From IMG/VR virus record IMGVR_UViG_3300037280_000040, positions 20,379-84,378 of that record: 64,000 nt of DNA. One strand, given 5' to 3'. Of the stretch, positions 37,586 to 47,092 are shown piece after piece. Made by a program: the position numbers and the translations under genes. Within the stretch, counting starts at the first letter, position 1. Each line of letters begins with the position of its first letter. Source of the DNA: a virus. Its lineage: Duplodnaviria > Heunggongvirae > Uroviricota > Caudoviricetes > Crassvirales. Below the pieces are notes generated by a model. The model made no database searches. It was not told where the DNA came from and saw only the letters and a list, made by a program, of their open reading frames with translations.

Positions 37586-37903
37586 TTACTTAGTAGTAAT
37601 AATATTATTTTCCTTAAACACATTATGAATCTGTTCAATCTCTGCTCTTTTAAGCTGATGAATAGTTTTACCCTCAAAATAAGCATCAGATTTATACAAT
37701 CTTTTCTCATCAGTGGTTAATTCTCTCCACCATAATATAGCAGCTTTTCTTGACTCTAAAGTACTAGGATTTACTACTTTAGTTTCTTGAATTTCTTCAT
37801 TAGTATCATCAGATACTTCTACTGGGATTACTTTTTTAGGTTTCTTAAGTAACACTAGGCTTATAATACTTCCTACAATAATAATAATTAATGGAATACT
37901 CAT
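37586..37903 (-). CDS. Membrane-anchored hypothetical protein
   Basis: N-terminal TM segment, IPLIIIIVGSIISLVLL. Confidence 0.35.
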   Translation of the reverse strand: MSIPLIIIIVGSIISLVLLKKPKKVIPVEVSDDTNEEIQETKVVNPSTLESRKAAILWWRELTTDEKRLYKSDAYFEGKTIHQLKRAEIEQIHNVFKENNIITTK

Positions 37904-37952
37904 GATTTGTAAATGTTTTTGTATTAGTTAATAAATAATTTGTTTATATAAT

Positions 37953-38585
37953 TTAAAGATTTTCTTTAATCCAATATTTCCAAATTTCATCTTCAGTATT
38001 AAATCTATGATTATGGTCTTGAGCTAAGAATTTAAGAAAATTTAATCCTATTTCTTTTATCTCTTTTCTATTCCAAAGTTCTTTTACTTCTTTAATAGTG
38101 ATAGTATTTTTTTTAGGATTTATTTTAATAGTATCAAATACTGGTGATGCACCATTATCCATCCATTTATTATAATCAGCTTTATCATATTCAACTAAAA
38201 CATCAGTAATAACATTACCTTTATTATATTCTTCAATATATTTTTCAATAAATTGTTGAGAAAGTTTAGGTATAATTGCTTGTAATGAATTAGGTGATAT
38301 TTTAAAATCAGTCGTTGCAATTATTTTAGAAGAATATACATTATTATGTTGTCCTATACTTTGCATCATTCTGTCATAACTCCAATCATTTTCTTTTATT
38401 TCTTCATCAGAAGTAATATAAAGATGTTGAGAAATATCAGGTAAAGTTCTAAAAATATTAAATCCAATTGATAATTTACTATCACAATCAAAGTATATAA
38501 TACTTTGTGCTTTTTCATTAGTAGGAAGCATAACTACTTTACAATTCTTATAATATTTACTATTAATTTCTTTTAACTGTGACAT
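37953..38585 (-). CDS. Hypothetical protein (210 aa)
   Basis: ORF. Confidence 0.4.
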   Translation of the reverse strand: MSQLKEINSKYYKNCKVVMLPTNEKAQSIIYFDCDSKLSIGFNIFRTLPDISQHLYITSDEEIKENDWSYDRMMQSIGQHNNVYSSKIIATTDFKISPNSLQAIIPKLSQQFIEKYIEEYNKGNVITDVLVEYDKADYNKWMDNGASPVFDTIKINPKKNTITIKEVKELWNRKEIKEIGLNFLKFLAQDHNHRFNTEDEIWKYWIKENL

Positions 38586-38625
38586 AATGTTCTTAAGTAC
38601 TAAGATTAATAATTTATTTAATTGT

Positions 38626-38698
38626 GATTCAGAAGGGATTCAAACCCTTGACCCCTACCTTAGAAGGGTAGTGCTCTATTCAGCTGAGCTACTGAACC
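38626..38698 (-). tRNA. tRNA-Arg (anticodon UCU)
   Basis: Manual fold: acceptor GGUUCAG/CUGAAUC, D stem GCUC/GAGC, anticodon stem CUACC/GGUAG with loop CUUCUAA, T arm AAGGG-UUUGAAU-CCCUU. Confidence 0.7.
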
Positions 38699-38758
38699 GT
38701 TTAAAATAAGTCTTAACTATTAGCTAAGACTTATATTATGGTATTTAATTTATTCTTT

Positions 38759-39229
38759 TTAAGCTTCTGCTTTTTCTACTTCTTGAGCAAGAATGGGAGA
38801 ATCATCTTTTTCTCTCTCATTAATTTCCCTCATACTATCTTCAATATCACAACTACCTGCATTTGGGCAATTGTCACAATCATGAGAATGAGTTCTACTT
38901 AATAAGTTTGCTTGGTCAATTAAATCTTTATTCATTATATCCTCAGGAGTAATCTTAATTTCTTCCCTTTGTTCAGGATGTTCAAGATTATAAGCCTTTA
39001 ATTCTTCAGATATTCTAGCCAAAGCTGAGACAATAGAATCAGATTCTATTTTATCTAAACCTTTATCAGGAAGTAATAAACATAATGCAAGTAATCCTGC
39101 AAGATATTTATCTTTATCTTCTTCAGTAATACCTTCTTTAAGATATTCAGTAGAATACTTAGAGAATAATGTAATCAGGAAATTAAAGCTACAAATTTTA
39201 GCTAATAACATTAATGCAATTTTTAACAT
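38759..39229 (-). CDS. Hypothetical protein with an N-terminal hydrophobic segment and a CxxC-type cluster, HSHDCDNCPNAGSCD
   Basis: ORF. Confidence 0.35.
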   Translation of the reverse strand: MLKIALMLLAKICSFNFLITLFSKYSTEYLKEGITEEDKDKYLAGLLALCLLLPDKGLDKIESDSIVSALARISEELKAYNLEHPEQREEIKITPEDIMNKDLIDQANLLSRTHSHDCDNCPNAGSCDIEDSMREINEREKDDSPILAQEVEKAEA

Positions 39230-39253
39230 AATGAATAATTTTGAGTGTTTTGT

Positions 39254-39448
39254 TTATAAATGTTTAATACTAATATTTAATAAAATAGGAATATAAACTC
39301 CTGTTTGAATAAAAGGAATTATAGTTACTTTACCTTGTTTATAAAGTAATAGTAACATATCTATTTCCTCACTTGTTAGTGTGTCCATATAATTCACAAT
39401 TATGAGGTTCAACATATAAATCCTTGTTATTGGGGTCAGTATCTTCAA
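39254..39448 (-). CDS. Hypothetical small protein. It overlaps the next ORF in another frame, so it is uncertain.
   Basis: ORF. Confidence 0.2.
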   Translation of the reverse strand: MKILTPITRIYMLNLIIVNYMDTLTSEEIDMLLLLYKQGKVTIIPFIQTGVYIPILLNISIKHL

Positions 39449-39575
39449 TATAAATTCTTACTCCTGATAAAGGTATTACTACTACTCTATCAACAGTAAG
39501 AATTTGTGTTATGACTCCTGTACTAACAATAACTTGGTTACCTTTTTCTAATAAATGAGCTTGTTTAATGGTCAT
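39369..39575 (-). CDS. Hypothetical small beta-rich protein
   Basis: KGNQVIVSTGVITQILTVDRVVVIPLSGVRIYIED looks like real protein sequence. Confidence 0.3.
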   Translation of the reverse strand: MTIKQAHLLEKGNQVIVSTGVITQILTVDRVVVIPLSGVRIYIEDTDPNNKDLYVEPHNCELYGHTNK

Positions 39576-39868
39576 CTTAATAGGGCTATTTTATAATCAA
39601 TTTGAGCATGAATAGAATCACAATCATAGTTTAATGGAACTGAATCATTAAACTTCTTATAAGCTTCAGTTTTACTTGTAGCTTTAATAATGGCTTGATT
39701 ACAATCACCTAAATGATAAGTACTATCATCATGGTCTTTATAATATACTTCATAATCCACTATAAATAATGAATCATGAGTATGAGCAGGAACAGGCAAG
39801 AATACAGCAATAATAATACTAATTATTATTATGATAGAAACAGTAATAAAAAATGTTTTTCTTTGCAT
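39572..39868 (-). CDS. Membrane-anchored small protein
   Basis: N-terminal TM segment, FFITVSIIIIISIIIAVFL. Confidence 0.35.
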   Translation of the reverse strand: MQRKTFFITVSIIIIISIIIAVFLPVPAHTHDSLFIVDYEVYYKDHDDSTYHLGDCNQAIIKATSKTEAYKKFNDSVPLNYDCDSIHAQIDYKIALLR

Positions 39869-39888
39869 TTTAATAGATTTAATAATGA

Positions 39889-40218
39889 CTATTGTTTTGG
39901 GTTTAATAAATACCCTAGAGTATTTTCGTCTGCTACATGAGTATTAATTATATTATTTACCTCAGAGTATATCCAATTCTCAAAATGAGATTTCTTATAT
40001 TCTGATATTTTCTTTAATATACTTAATATATCATACAATTCTTTCTCAGCTTGTTTGAGGTCAAAGGATTTACTACTAGTCATATCAAATCCTGCATTCT
40101 GTAATAATACACTAATAGTAGCATAATTATCAGATTTCCAGTGATTTGAAATGTCTTGTACAATAGCTTGAAAAGCTCTTATTTCCTTTTTGATTAAAAT
40201 TAAAGTATTTACTTTCAT
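39889..40218 (-). CDS. Hypothetical protein
   Basis: ORF. Confidence 0.35.
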   Translation of the reverse strand: MKVNTLILIKKEIRAFQAIVQDISNHWKSDNYATISVLLQNAGFDMTSSKSFDLKQAEKELYDILSILKKISEYKKSHFENWIYSEVNNIINTHVADENTLGYLLNPKQ

Positions 40219-41437
40219 CTTGATTAATAGTTTTTTAATGGTTTAATTCTCAACTATTAATATAGATTAGTTGAGATAGTTTAATAATAATGTTTCATTT
40301 TTCTTGAATTATAGTGAATAATTAGTAAAAAAGAATTAGACAGGTAAATAAAAAATAAACTATAACTAGTCCAATAGAGTGTGTTAATACATCTTTATTT
40401 AGACTTAGTTATAGAATTATACTATCAAATAACTGATGTTTATAATTTTTAATTGGTTTGTTCTTGCTTATCAGGTTCATAATAAACCTTAGCAGGATGA
40501 GTTAATTGGATATCTAATACTTTAGTAAATAAATAGAAAAATCCTATTATAACTACTAAAGCAATGATTAATCCAGTTACTTTTACATGGATAACTTTGA
40601 TTGTTTTCATTAGGACTATTGATTATTGATTGTTGATTAAAAATAAAATAACTCTCTTACTTGACCTGACTATCCTAAGTTATCAAAGATTAACTAGTAT
40701 TCCTAATAGGGCTTTCTGTTGTCTTTCAGAGAGTTAAAAAATAATCTTAAACTATGGGTTGTATGCATTCTTTATCTCGTAGGCTTTACTTGCATAATAT
40801 CAACTCTGACGTTTCTCAGCTTTTAGAGTCCATAATTTAAGATTAAGGGATTGTAATATAAATAAACAAGGCTCTTTACAATCTCAACAATAGTTAAGTT
40901 CTGCAAGTCTTATACAATTATTCATTGCCTTTAAATAGGATTAAACTTATTATATTCAGGGCTGTAATGTGACACCTGCTTGTTTAAAATTTACTACACT
41001 TATTACCACTATTATTTTCAAATGGCTGTATAGTTGATTTATATCTAGAGAGTATTCTAGTTATATTTCATTGGCTATTTAATATAATAAAGAGCTATTT
41101 AAACCCAAACAATACTCGTTTGTAGCTGAATACTCTCTAATATATTTTTTACTATTACTTAATCACTACCATCTAATCCTGGGTAGTCATAATCTTGTGA
41201 ACAATCATCTAAATCACCATCAAGGTCATCTAAATCTCTTTTTCTATAAGCCATAATGGTTAAATTAAGATATTATTGTATCACAATTTTGTTGATTGGC
41301 AAATTTAATTGCTCTAGCTAATGACCTACTAGCACCTTTATTTTTATTAGGTGCTAGTACATCTTCAAATTTATCAGTTTTATTGTTTTTACGTTTGGAC
41401 TGTTTAACTGTACTTACTCTATGAATGGTCATAATAT

Positions 41438-41749
41438 TTACTTTATTAGTTCATTAACATTATAATCAGTAAAGAAGTGTTTCATGATTGTACCTCTACC
41501 TGAGTAGGCAAAGATACTATCATTACTTTCTACAATAATAGTGTAAGACCTTGTATCTATATTACATATTTGGTCTATTATTCTCACAGAATCTTTAAAT
41601 GAATTAAGATTCTCAATAAATTGAGTATCACTAATTAGTTCTAACTCAGGACTTGTGTTAATACTAGTATCTCTTTTGTAATTCTCAGGAGTACATGAAG
41701 TTATTACTATACTTAGTATAATAATAATAAATAAGATAGTTCTTTTCAT
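41438..41749 (-). CDS. Small lipoprotein
   Basis: Signal plus lipobox ILSIVITSCTP. Confidence 0.4.
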   Translation of the reverse strand: MKRTILFIIIILSIVITSCTPENYKRDTSINTSPELELISDTQFIENLNSFKDSVRIIDQICNIDTRSYTIIVESNDSIFAYSGRGTIMKHFFTDYNVNELIK

Positions 41750-42151
41750 TGTGTTTGTATGTGTAATTGTTGATTAATTAAAGAATTTAACTTCTCCAGT
41801 AGGATATGCAATGCATATTCTATTGCTATTAATACGTGTTTTCATTGTGTTTAATGTGTTTATTAATGTATTATTGATTATTGTATGTTAAGTTATAACA
41901 GTAAATACTGTTAAGTAATAATAAATGTATGTATTTGTTCTATATGTTGCTATCAGGCAATAAATAGTGGGTTGTTTATAGACATCAGATTATCAACACA
42001 TTAGCTACATAAATCTAAAGTAATACTGTAGGTATGACCAATGTTAGAGATTTATTATTAAGGGTAATGTATAACTTTAACAATGTGAGTTCTATCAATG
42101 TAACAATGTGAAATGTATTAATGTATCAATGATTTAATGTTACTCTTAACA

Positions 42152-42182
42152 ATAAAAAAAAGAACAGGAGATTGCTCTCCTG
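42152..42182 (-). terminator. Intrinsic terminator downstream of gene 42202-42507
   Basis: GC-rich hairpin caggaga-ttgc-tctcctg. On the minus strand it is followed by UCUUUUUUUU. Confidence 0.6.
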
Positions 42183-42201
42183 CTCTTAGTTTAGAATTTG
42201 C

Positions 42202-42507
42202 TTAGAATTCTGCCAATACAGCAGCATTGGTGTTTTCACCTAATTGGTGTAACATAAAGAATACACCACTTGGATTCCTTTCAGTTGGGTCACCTGTAAC
42301 TTCAGATACAACTGGTTTGTCCATTGCAGCTAATGTACCAACTTTTTTGATACTGACTGAACCAACTACTTGGTTAAGGTCATTTAGCATACTTAAAGAA
42401 CCTGCATTAAGTTCTTTCACTTTGATAACTTTTGTTCCAATAGAAGCTTTGAAGTCTTCTACACTCATAGTCTTATTAAAGACTAGAGGATTTGCATGTT
42501 CTGTCAT
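42202..42507 (-). CDS. Hypothetical protein (101 aa). It is the first gene of the minus-strand block and has its own terminator.
   Basis: ORF adjacent to the divergent control region and followed by a strong terminator. Confidence 0.45.
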   Translation of the reverse strand: MTEHANPLVFNKTMSVEDFKASIGTKVIKVKELNAGSLSMLNDLNQVVGSVSIKKVGTLAAMDKPVVSEVTGDPTERNPSGVFFMLHQLGENTNAAVLAEF

Positions 42508-42866
42508 AATGAATGTTGTTTAAAGAATGTAAATAATAAATGTTGATTAAATGAAATTTGCCAAATTTGAATGTCCCAGAGGGGGATATACCCAAGTGGC
42601 TAAGAGGTGGGGAGAGTCTGGATAGTTTATATATCACTTGTATAAAAATTTATAATTTTCAAAATTTTAGAGTATACATCACTTGCATAAACTTTTTTTA
42701 TTTCAAAAAAAAAATTAGAATTTTTAAATTTTGAATATTCAGACTAGTTAGTATAATAGGTACATAGAAAGAAGAAGTAAAAAAGGAGTGTACTCAAAGT
42801 CTTGAAATATAGATAGATATATTTATTAAAACTTATTAACTTTTATTGTGTTGTGTATGTCAATTA

Positions 42867-42885
42867 TTTTACTTATCTTTGTTGC
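42867..42885 (+). promoter_or_regulatory. Bacteroidetes-type promoter -7 box (TAtcTTTG at 42874-42881) inside the conserved TTTTACTTATCTTTGT motif
   Basis: The same extended motif recurs before six further plus-strand transcription units. Confidence 0.5.
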
Positions 42886-43586
42886 ATCTGATTAGAGTAT
42901 TACTTTCTAATATCATCCAATCTTATATAAATAAGAAGAAATGTAAGTATTGGATTAGAAGTTGGGTTGTAAGTATACAAATATAGTATATTGAGATGTC
43001 CCCAATACAGATAAAAATGACTTATATATAAGTAAATTTCAGACACCCAAGTAATTGAGAAAAGGTAAAGGTAAAGTCTGTTGAGGGATAAAAGTAGAAA
43101 TACTTTAAGACGTGGTTTATGAAGTTATAAGTTTATAAGGACTCTCAGCAATGAGAAGTTTTTTAGTCATTAACAATTTGGCTAGGACTTCTTATATCAA
43201 TAATTAAATAAATAGAAATATTAAAAACAAATAAGGAATAGAACTTAATAGGGGATTGGGGATTGTTGTATGGCAAAGAAAACTCCATTTAAAGCCTTAT
43301 TAAAGTTTATAAATTTGTAAATAAATAAATATTAATAGTATGAAATTAAAAGTAATGAACTTTAAGATTAAACTAGATATGTTTATGGTTAAATATAATA
43401 ATAATATTATTACAAGTATTATTGCTATGTTGCCATTACTATATCTATTATTTTTACTGTAGGAGAAGGAGATAAATACATAAGAATCAAGGTCTAGGAA
43501 GATAGAAAAAATTAAATATAGTTTATTTTTATCTTCTTAATCAAGTTATATGCTTAGAAATTTTATAAAAGATTTGGTAATCTCAA

Positions 43587-43608
43587 TTATTTTACATATC
43601 TTTGTATA
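43587..43608 (+). promoter_or_regulatory. Promoter motif TTTTACATATCTTTGT, with the -7 box at 43597-43604
   Basis: It shares 22 nt of context, caattattttacNtatctttgt, with the copy at 42861. Confidence 0.5.
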
Positions 43609-43794
43609 GACTTTAAGAGATGTCTATATAATTATTAATTTTTAAACTCATATCCTACTATGAAAACAACTAAGAAATCACCTAAAAAGGGTGGTGGCAA
43701 ATGCTAAAGATTTAGTAATTAAGGGGATAAGTAGTTATTCCCTTTTTTATTATTAATTTATAAAGTTTTAACTATATTTATTTGGTATATTAAG

Positions 43795-43816
43795 TAATTA
43801 TACTTATCTTTGTGTA
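43795..43816 (+). promoter_or_regulatory. Promoter motif TACTTATCTTTGTG, with the -7 box at 43805-43812, upstream of gene 43836
   Basis: Motif match. Confidence 0.5.
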
Positions 43817-43835
43817 TAATTTTAAAGGTAAGATA

Positions 43836-44117
43836 ATGAATGAAGTAGAAAGATTTATATCAGTAGTAAGAGATTCTTTTATAGGGTCACAACAAGTATA
43901 TACAGAAGGTAGTTGTTATCATTTTTATTTAATACTTAAAGAAGTATTTCCTACAGCTGAACCTTATTTTGATAAGGACCATGTTATTACTAAAATAGAT
44001 GATAAATTTTATGATATTACTGGAGAAGTAAGAGGTGATTTAACTCTCTATAAGTATGAAAGATTACCTTCTTATGGATTAAAAAGTCCTTATAATATTT
44101 ATAAGAATAATAACTAA
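43836..44117 (+). CDS. Hypothetical protein. The start was moved to the ATG at 43836 behind the promoter and an aggtaag spacer.
   Basis: The ORF listed from 43812 overlaps the promoter box. The internal Met, MNEVERF, is the likely start. Confidence 0.4.
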   Translation: MNEVERFISVVRDSFIGSQQVYTEGSCYHFYLILKEVFPTAEPYFDKDHVITKIDDKFYDITGEVRGDLTLYKYERLPSYGLKSPYNIYKNNN

Positions 44118-44123
44118 TAAAAT

Positions 44124-44194
44124 AGTTTCCTAGTGTAATGGTAGCACAAGAGTCTTTGGTCCTCTTAGTTAAAGTTCAAATCTTTAGGAGACTA
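44124..44194 (+). tRNA. tRNA-Gln (anticodon UUG)
   Basis: Manual fold: acceptor AGUUUCC/GGAGACU, D stem GUG/CAC, anticodon loop CUUUGGU, T arm UAAAG-UUCAAAU-CUUUA. Confidence 0.55.
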
Positions 44195-44203
44195 CAATAA
44201 TAT

Positions 44204-44275
44204 GCCTTTATAGTGTAATGAATAGCACACGATTCTTCTAAGATTATAGTATAGGTTTGAATCCTATTAGGGGTA
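44204..44275 (+). tRNA. tRNA-like, probably tRNA-Arg (UCU), with a weak anticodon stem
   Basis: Acceptor GCCUUUA/UAGGGGU is wobble-rich. The T arm is AUAGG-UUUGAAU-CCUAU. The anticodon loop is CUUCUAA, but only 4 of 5 stem pairs form. Confidence 0.4.
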
Positions 44276-44290
44276 CAATAATTAATAAAT

Positions 44291-44557
44291 ATGATACAAA
44301 GAGTTCCTGTATTGAGAGAATGTTCTTATAAAGAATATAATGATAACATAGATAAACATCCTGATGAATATCTTAGATTATTTGTAGTTGATAGTAATAC
44401 TGAAAGTACTGAGGATATTACAAAAGAGGTTGATGATAATATTGATGCAATAGGTAATACTGATAAGAATAAGTTTTACAAAGTATTAGGATTAGTTAGT
44501 TCTCAAGAGTTAGAAAAAGATATACAACAAACACAACAAAGTAGTTTGTTGAATTAA
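44291..44557 (+). CDS. Hypothetical acidic protein
   Basis: ORF. Confidence 0.35.
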   Translation: MIQRVPVLRECSYKEYNDNIDKHPDEYLRLFVVDSNTESTEDITKEVDDNIDAIGNTDKNKFYKVLGLVSSQELEKDIQQTQQSSLLN

Positions 44558-44718
44558 ATCATAAATGTTTTTAATAAAGTTGATTTAGCTATACTTAGTC
44601 TGTGAAGATAGAGATAGCACAAAAATATAGATATAGTTCAGTTGCTAGAATGCTTGGTTTGGGACCAAGAGGTCAAGAGTTGGAGTCTCTTTATCTATAC
44701 AATTTATTTTAGAATTAA

Positions 44719-44932
44719 AATGGAAGAAGAAAAGAAAACATTAGAACCTTATCAACTAAGAGTTATTGATGAGTTTAAAGATATTGATTTTAAAGTAAGA
44801 AAGATAGAGAAATTTATATTAACTGATGTATATAAAAATTTATCTAAATCAGAACAAAGTATGATAGACTTACAGGTTATGTATATGACTGGTTATTATA
44901 AAGTTTTAATGGAAAGAATAAATAGATTTTAA
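44719..44932 (+). CDS. Hypothetical small protein. The start was moved to the internal MEEEKKT.
   Basis: ORF. The upstream part of the listed ORF is unlikely to be coding. Confidence 0.35.
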
Positions 44933-44935
44933 TAA

Positions 44936-45009
44936 GGGGTCTTAGCTCAATTGGCTAGAGCGATTGCTTTGCAAGCAATAGGTAGTGGGTTCAATCCCCA
45001 CAGATTCCA
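44936..45009 (+). tRNA. tRNA-Ala (anticodon UGC)
   Basis: Acceptor GGGGUCU/AGAUUCC with G3:U70. D stem GCUC/GAGC. Anticodon stem AUUGC/GCAAU with loop UUUGCAA. T arm GUGGG-UUCAAUC-CCCAC. Confidence 0.75.
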
Positions 45010-45014
45010 CATAT

Positions 45015-45088
45015 GTTCTAATAGCTCAATTGGTTAGAGCTTTTGACTGTTAATCAAAGGGTTGTAGGTTCAAGTCCTACTTAGAACG
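45015..45088 (+). tRNA. tRNA-Asn (anticodon GUU)
   Basis: Acceptor GUUCUAA/UUAGAAC. Anticodon stem UUUGA/UCAAA with loop CUGUUAA. T arm GUAGG-UUCAAGU-CCUAC. Confidence 0.75.
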
Positions 45089-45111
45089 CAGTATTAATTT
45101 AATTAAAAACA

Positions 45112-45414
45112 ATGGCACAAATTGAAGTAATGTTAGAGATTATAGATGATGTAATTCCTTTATATCCTGATTTAGTATCAAAAGATTATAAAGAAACTAT
45201 CATATATGATTATAAAAATTTATTAGATACTAAAGAATCTCTATATAAATATAGAGAAATAGTAAGAGAATTAGAAGTAGCTTTAAAAGAAAGAGAATAT
45301 AAATTTAATAAACAATCTCAATTTTTTAATATTGTTTATAAGACTGAAATTAAACAAGGAGTTGATAAACCTGAATATGCTGATACTATGCATGTAAAGG
45401 GAAAAGTATATTAA
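45112..45414 (+). CDS. Hypothetical protein
   Basis: ORF. Confidence 0.4.
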   Translation: MAQIEVMLEIIDDVIPLYPDLVSKDYKETIIYDYKNLLDTKESLYKYREIVRELEVALKEREYKFNKQSQFFNIVYKTEIKQGVDKPEYADTMHVKGKVY

Positions 45415-45415
45415 T

Positions 45416-45643
45416 ATGACTTGGGAAGAAGCTTACTTAGAGATGGAGAAAGGTAATATTATTACCACTCCTAATAGTCCTAATTATTGTTTACTATATG
45501 CTCCTAATCATATATTAGTATTTTGTGAACCTGATAGATTATATCATATTAGTAGTAATAAAAGAATTAAAGAAGTTACTGATTATATAGTTGATAATAC
45601 TAAGAGAGATATTATTAATAATTTAGTAATAAAACTAAAATAG
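45416..45643 (+). CDS. Hypothetical small protein
   Basis: ORF 2 nt after the previous stop. Confidence 0.35.
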   Translation: MTWEEAYLEMEKGNIITTPNSPNYCLLYAPNHILVFCEPDRLYHISSNKRIKEVTDYIVDNTKRDIINNLVIKLK

Positions 45644-45677
45644 TTTATTTTTATCTTCCTACTCAATTTTAAAGCGT

Positions 45678-45938
45678 ATGAATAGATACTTTATAGTTAA
45701 TCCAAATCTTTATATATCTAAAGATAAATACATAGTAAGACTAACTGAATACAATATTGATACTCATATCTTTAAAGGAACTAAGATTAGTTGGATTACA
45801 AATGATGAGGATGGTAAAATAGAAGATATTAGAATAGAAGATATTGAATTGGATGATAATAAATTATCAATATTTAAAGAAATAAATAAAAGAATTTTTT
45901 ATAAGATATTATTAGTACTATTAAAGAATTCTTATTAA
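45678..45938 (+). CDS. Hypothetical small protein
   Basis: ORF. Confidence 0.35.
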   Translation: MNRYFIVNPNLYISKDKYIVRLTEYNIDTHIFKGTKISWITNDEDGKIEDIRIEDIELDDNKLSIFKEINKRIFYKILLVLLKNSY

Positions 45939-45956
45939 CCTTAAAAACTTAATAAA

Positions 45957-46397
45957 ATGGACAATTTTGATTTAGATTTAAGTCTAAGACCTAAGGGTGG
46001 TAGTGGTAATACTAGTGGTACTAGTACTTTTAAAGATTTTATATGTAAACTTGAAAGTTATAAAACTAAATTTAAGAATTTACATTGGGGAGCTATGAAT
46101 GATACTTTACATTTAAGAGTAGACCAATTCTTAGATGAGTTAACTGACTTCCAAGATGAATTATCTGAGACAGGGCAAGGTATTATAGGATTCCAATTTG
46201 GACCTAATGATATAGTTACTACTCACTTAAATTATACTGACCCAATAGTAGCTTTAACTACTCTTAAAGATAAAACATTAGCATTTCATAAAAGTATTAA
46301 TTCTAATCCTGAATTAATTGGTTTAGTAAATTCTGTAGAAGGATTTATGACTATAGTAGGAAAATTCTTATATTTATTTAGAATAGCTGCTAAGTAA
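45957..46397 (+). CDS. Hypothetical protein (146 aa)
   Basis: ORF. Confidence 0.4.
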   Translation: MDNFDLDLSLRPKGGSGNTSGTSTFKDFICKLESYKTKFKNLHWGAMNDTLHLRVDQFLDELTDFQDELSETGQGIIGFQFGPNDIVTTHLNYTDPIVALTTLKDKTLAFHKSINSNPELIGLVNSVEGFMTIVGKFLYLFRIAAK

Positions 46398-46406
46398 TTA
46401 GTCTAA

Positions 46407-46479
46407 GGACCAGTAGCTCAGTTGGTAGAGCACCTGACTCATAATCAGTAAGTCCCAAGTTCAATCCTTGGATGGTCCA
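46407..46479 (+). tRNA. tRNA with a CAU anticodon, Met or Ile2-lysidine type
   Basis: Acceptor GGACCAG/AUGGUCC with a G7·A66 mismatch. D stem GCUC/GAGC. Anticodon loop CUCAUAA. T arm CCAAG-UUCAAUC-CUUGG. Confidence 0.55.
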
Positions 46480-46480
46480 C

Positions 46481-46553
46481 TGTGTGGAAAGCTCTTATGG
46501 TGAGAGTGCCAAATTGTGGATTTGGAGGGAGGGTTCGAGTCCCTACTACACCC
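46481..46553 (+). tRNA. tRNA-like, probably tRNA-His (GUG). The acceptor/D-stem junction is irregular.
   Basis: Clean anticodon arm CCAAA-UUGUGGA-UUUGG. T loop UUCGAGU. Discriminator C, as in tRNA-His. Three A residues separate the acceptor and D stems. Confidence 0.4.
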
Positions 46554-46558
46554 TTAAT

Positions 46559-46631
46559 GGAAATATGGCAGACATGATGTATGCACTAGTTTGAAGCACT
46601 AGCTAAGGGAGTTTGAGTCTCTCTGTTTCCA
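46559..46631 (+). tRNA. tRNA-Phe (anticodon GAA)
   Basis: Acceptor GGAAAUA/UGUUUCC. Anticodon stem CUAGU/ACUAG with loop UUGAAGC. T arm GGGAG-UUUGAGU-CUCUC. Confidence 0.55.
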
Positions 46632-46692
46632 CAATATTAGTTAATACTTAAAACTTTAACAATAATAATTAGGTCATGTAGTTTATTTTACT

Positions 46693-46700
46693 TACCTTTG
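46693..46700 (+). promoter_or_regulatory. Promoter -7 box TAccTTTG inside TTTTACTTACCTTTGT, upstream of gene 46724
   Basis: Motif family match. Confidence 0.45.
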
Positions 46701-46723
46701 TATCAACAAATAAAAAATAAAGT

Positions 46724-47092
46724 ATGAGTGTAGTTTTATTAAATAGTTTGAATGCTGATAGAGATTTTATTTTAAATCTTAATGGTATTTTTAATAATGG
46801 AAAAATTATAGATAAAAAATTATTTTTTCATTCTGAAATTTATATATATTCTAATTCTACAGTAGAAGGAGTAGTAATGTATGTACCTACTAATGAGGTT
46901 TTTCTTAGAATTAAAGTAACTTATCCTACCCAAAATATTGCTAATAAGAGTGCATGGATTATGACTAGTAACTTAGAAGAAGAATTATTAAGACAAATAT
47001 TATTTGCTAAAGAAACTAATAATACTATAACTGATACTAAAGGTAATATTATTAAAACATTTGCTGATTATAAAAAAGAAATAATGCCTTGA
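46724..47092 (+). CDS. Hypothetical protein
   Basis: ORF behind the promoter motif. Confidence 0.4.
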   Translation: MSVVLLNSLNADRDFILNLNGIFNNGKIIDKKLFFHSEIYIYSNSTVEGVVMYVPTNEVFLRIKVTYPTQNIANKSAWIMTSNLEEELLRQILFAKETNNTITDTKGNIIKTFADYKKEIMP

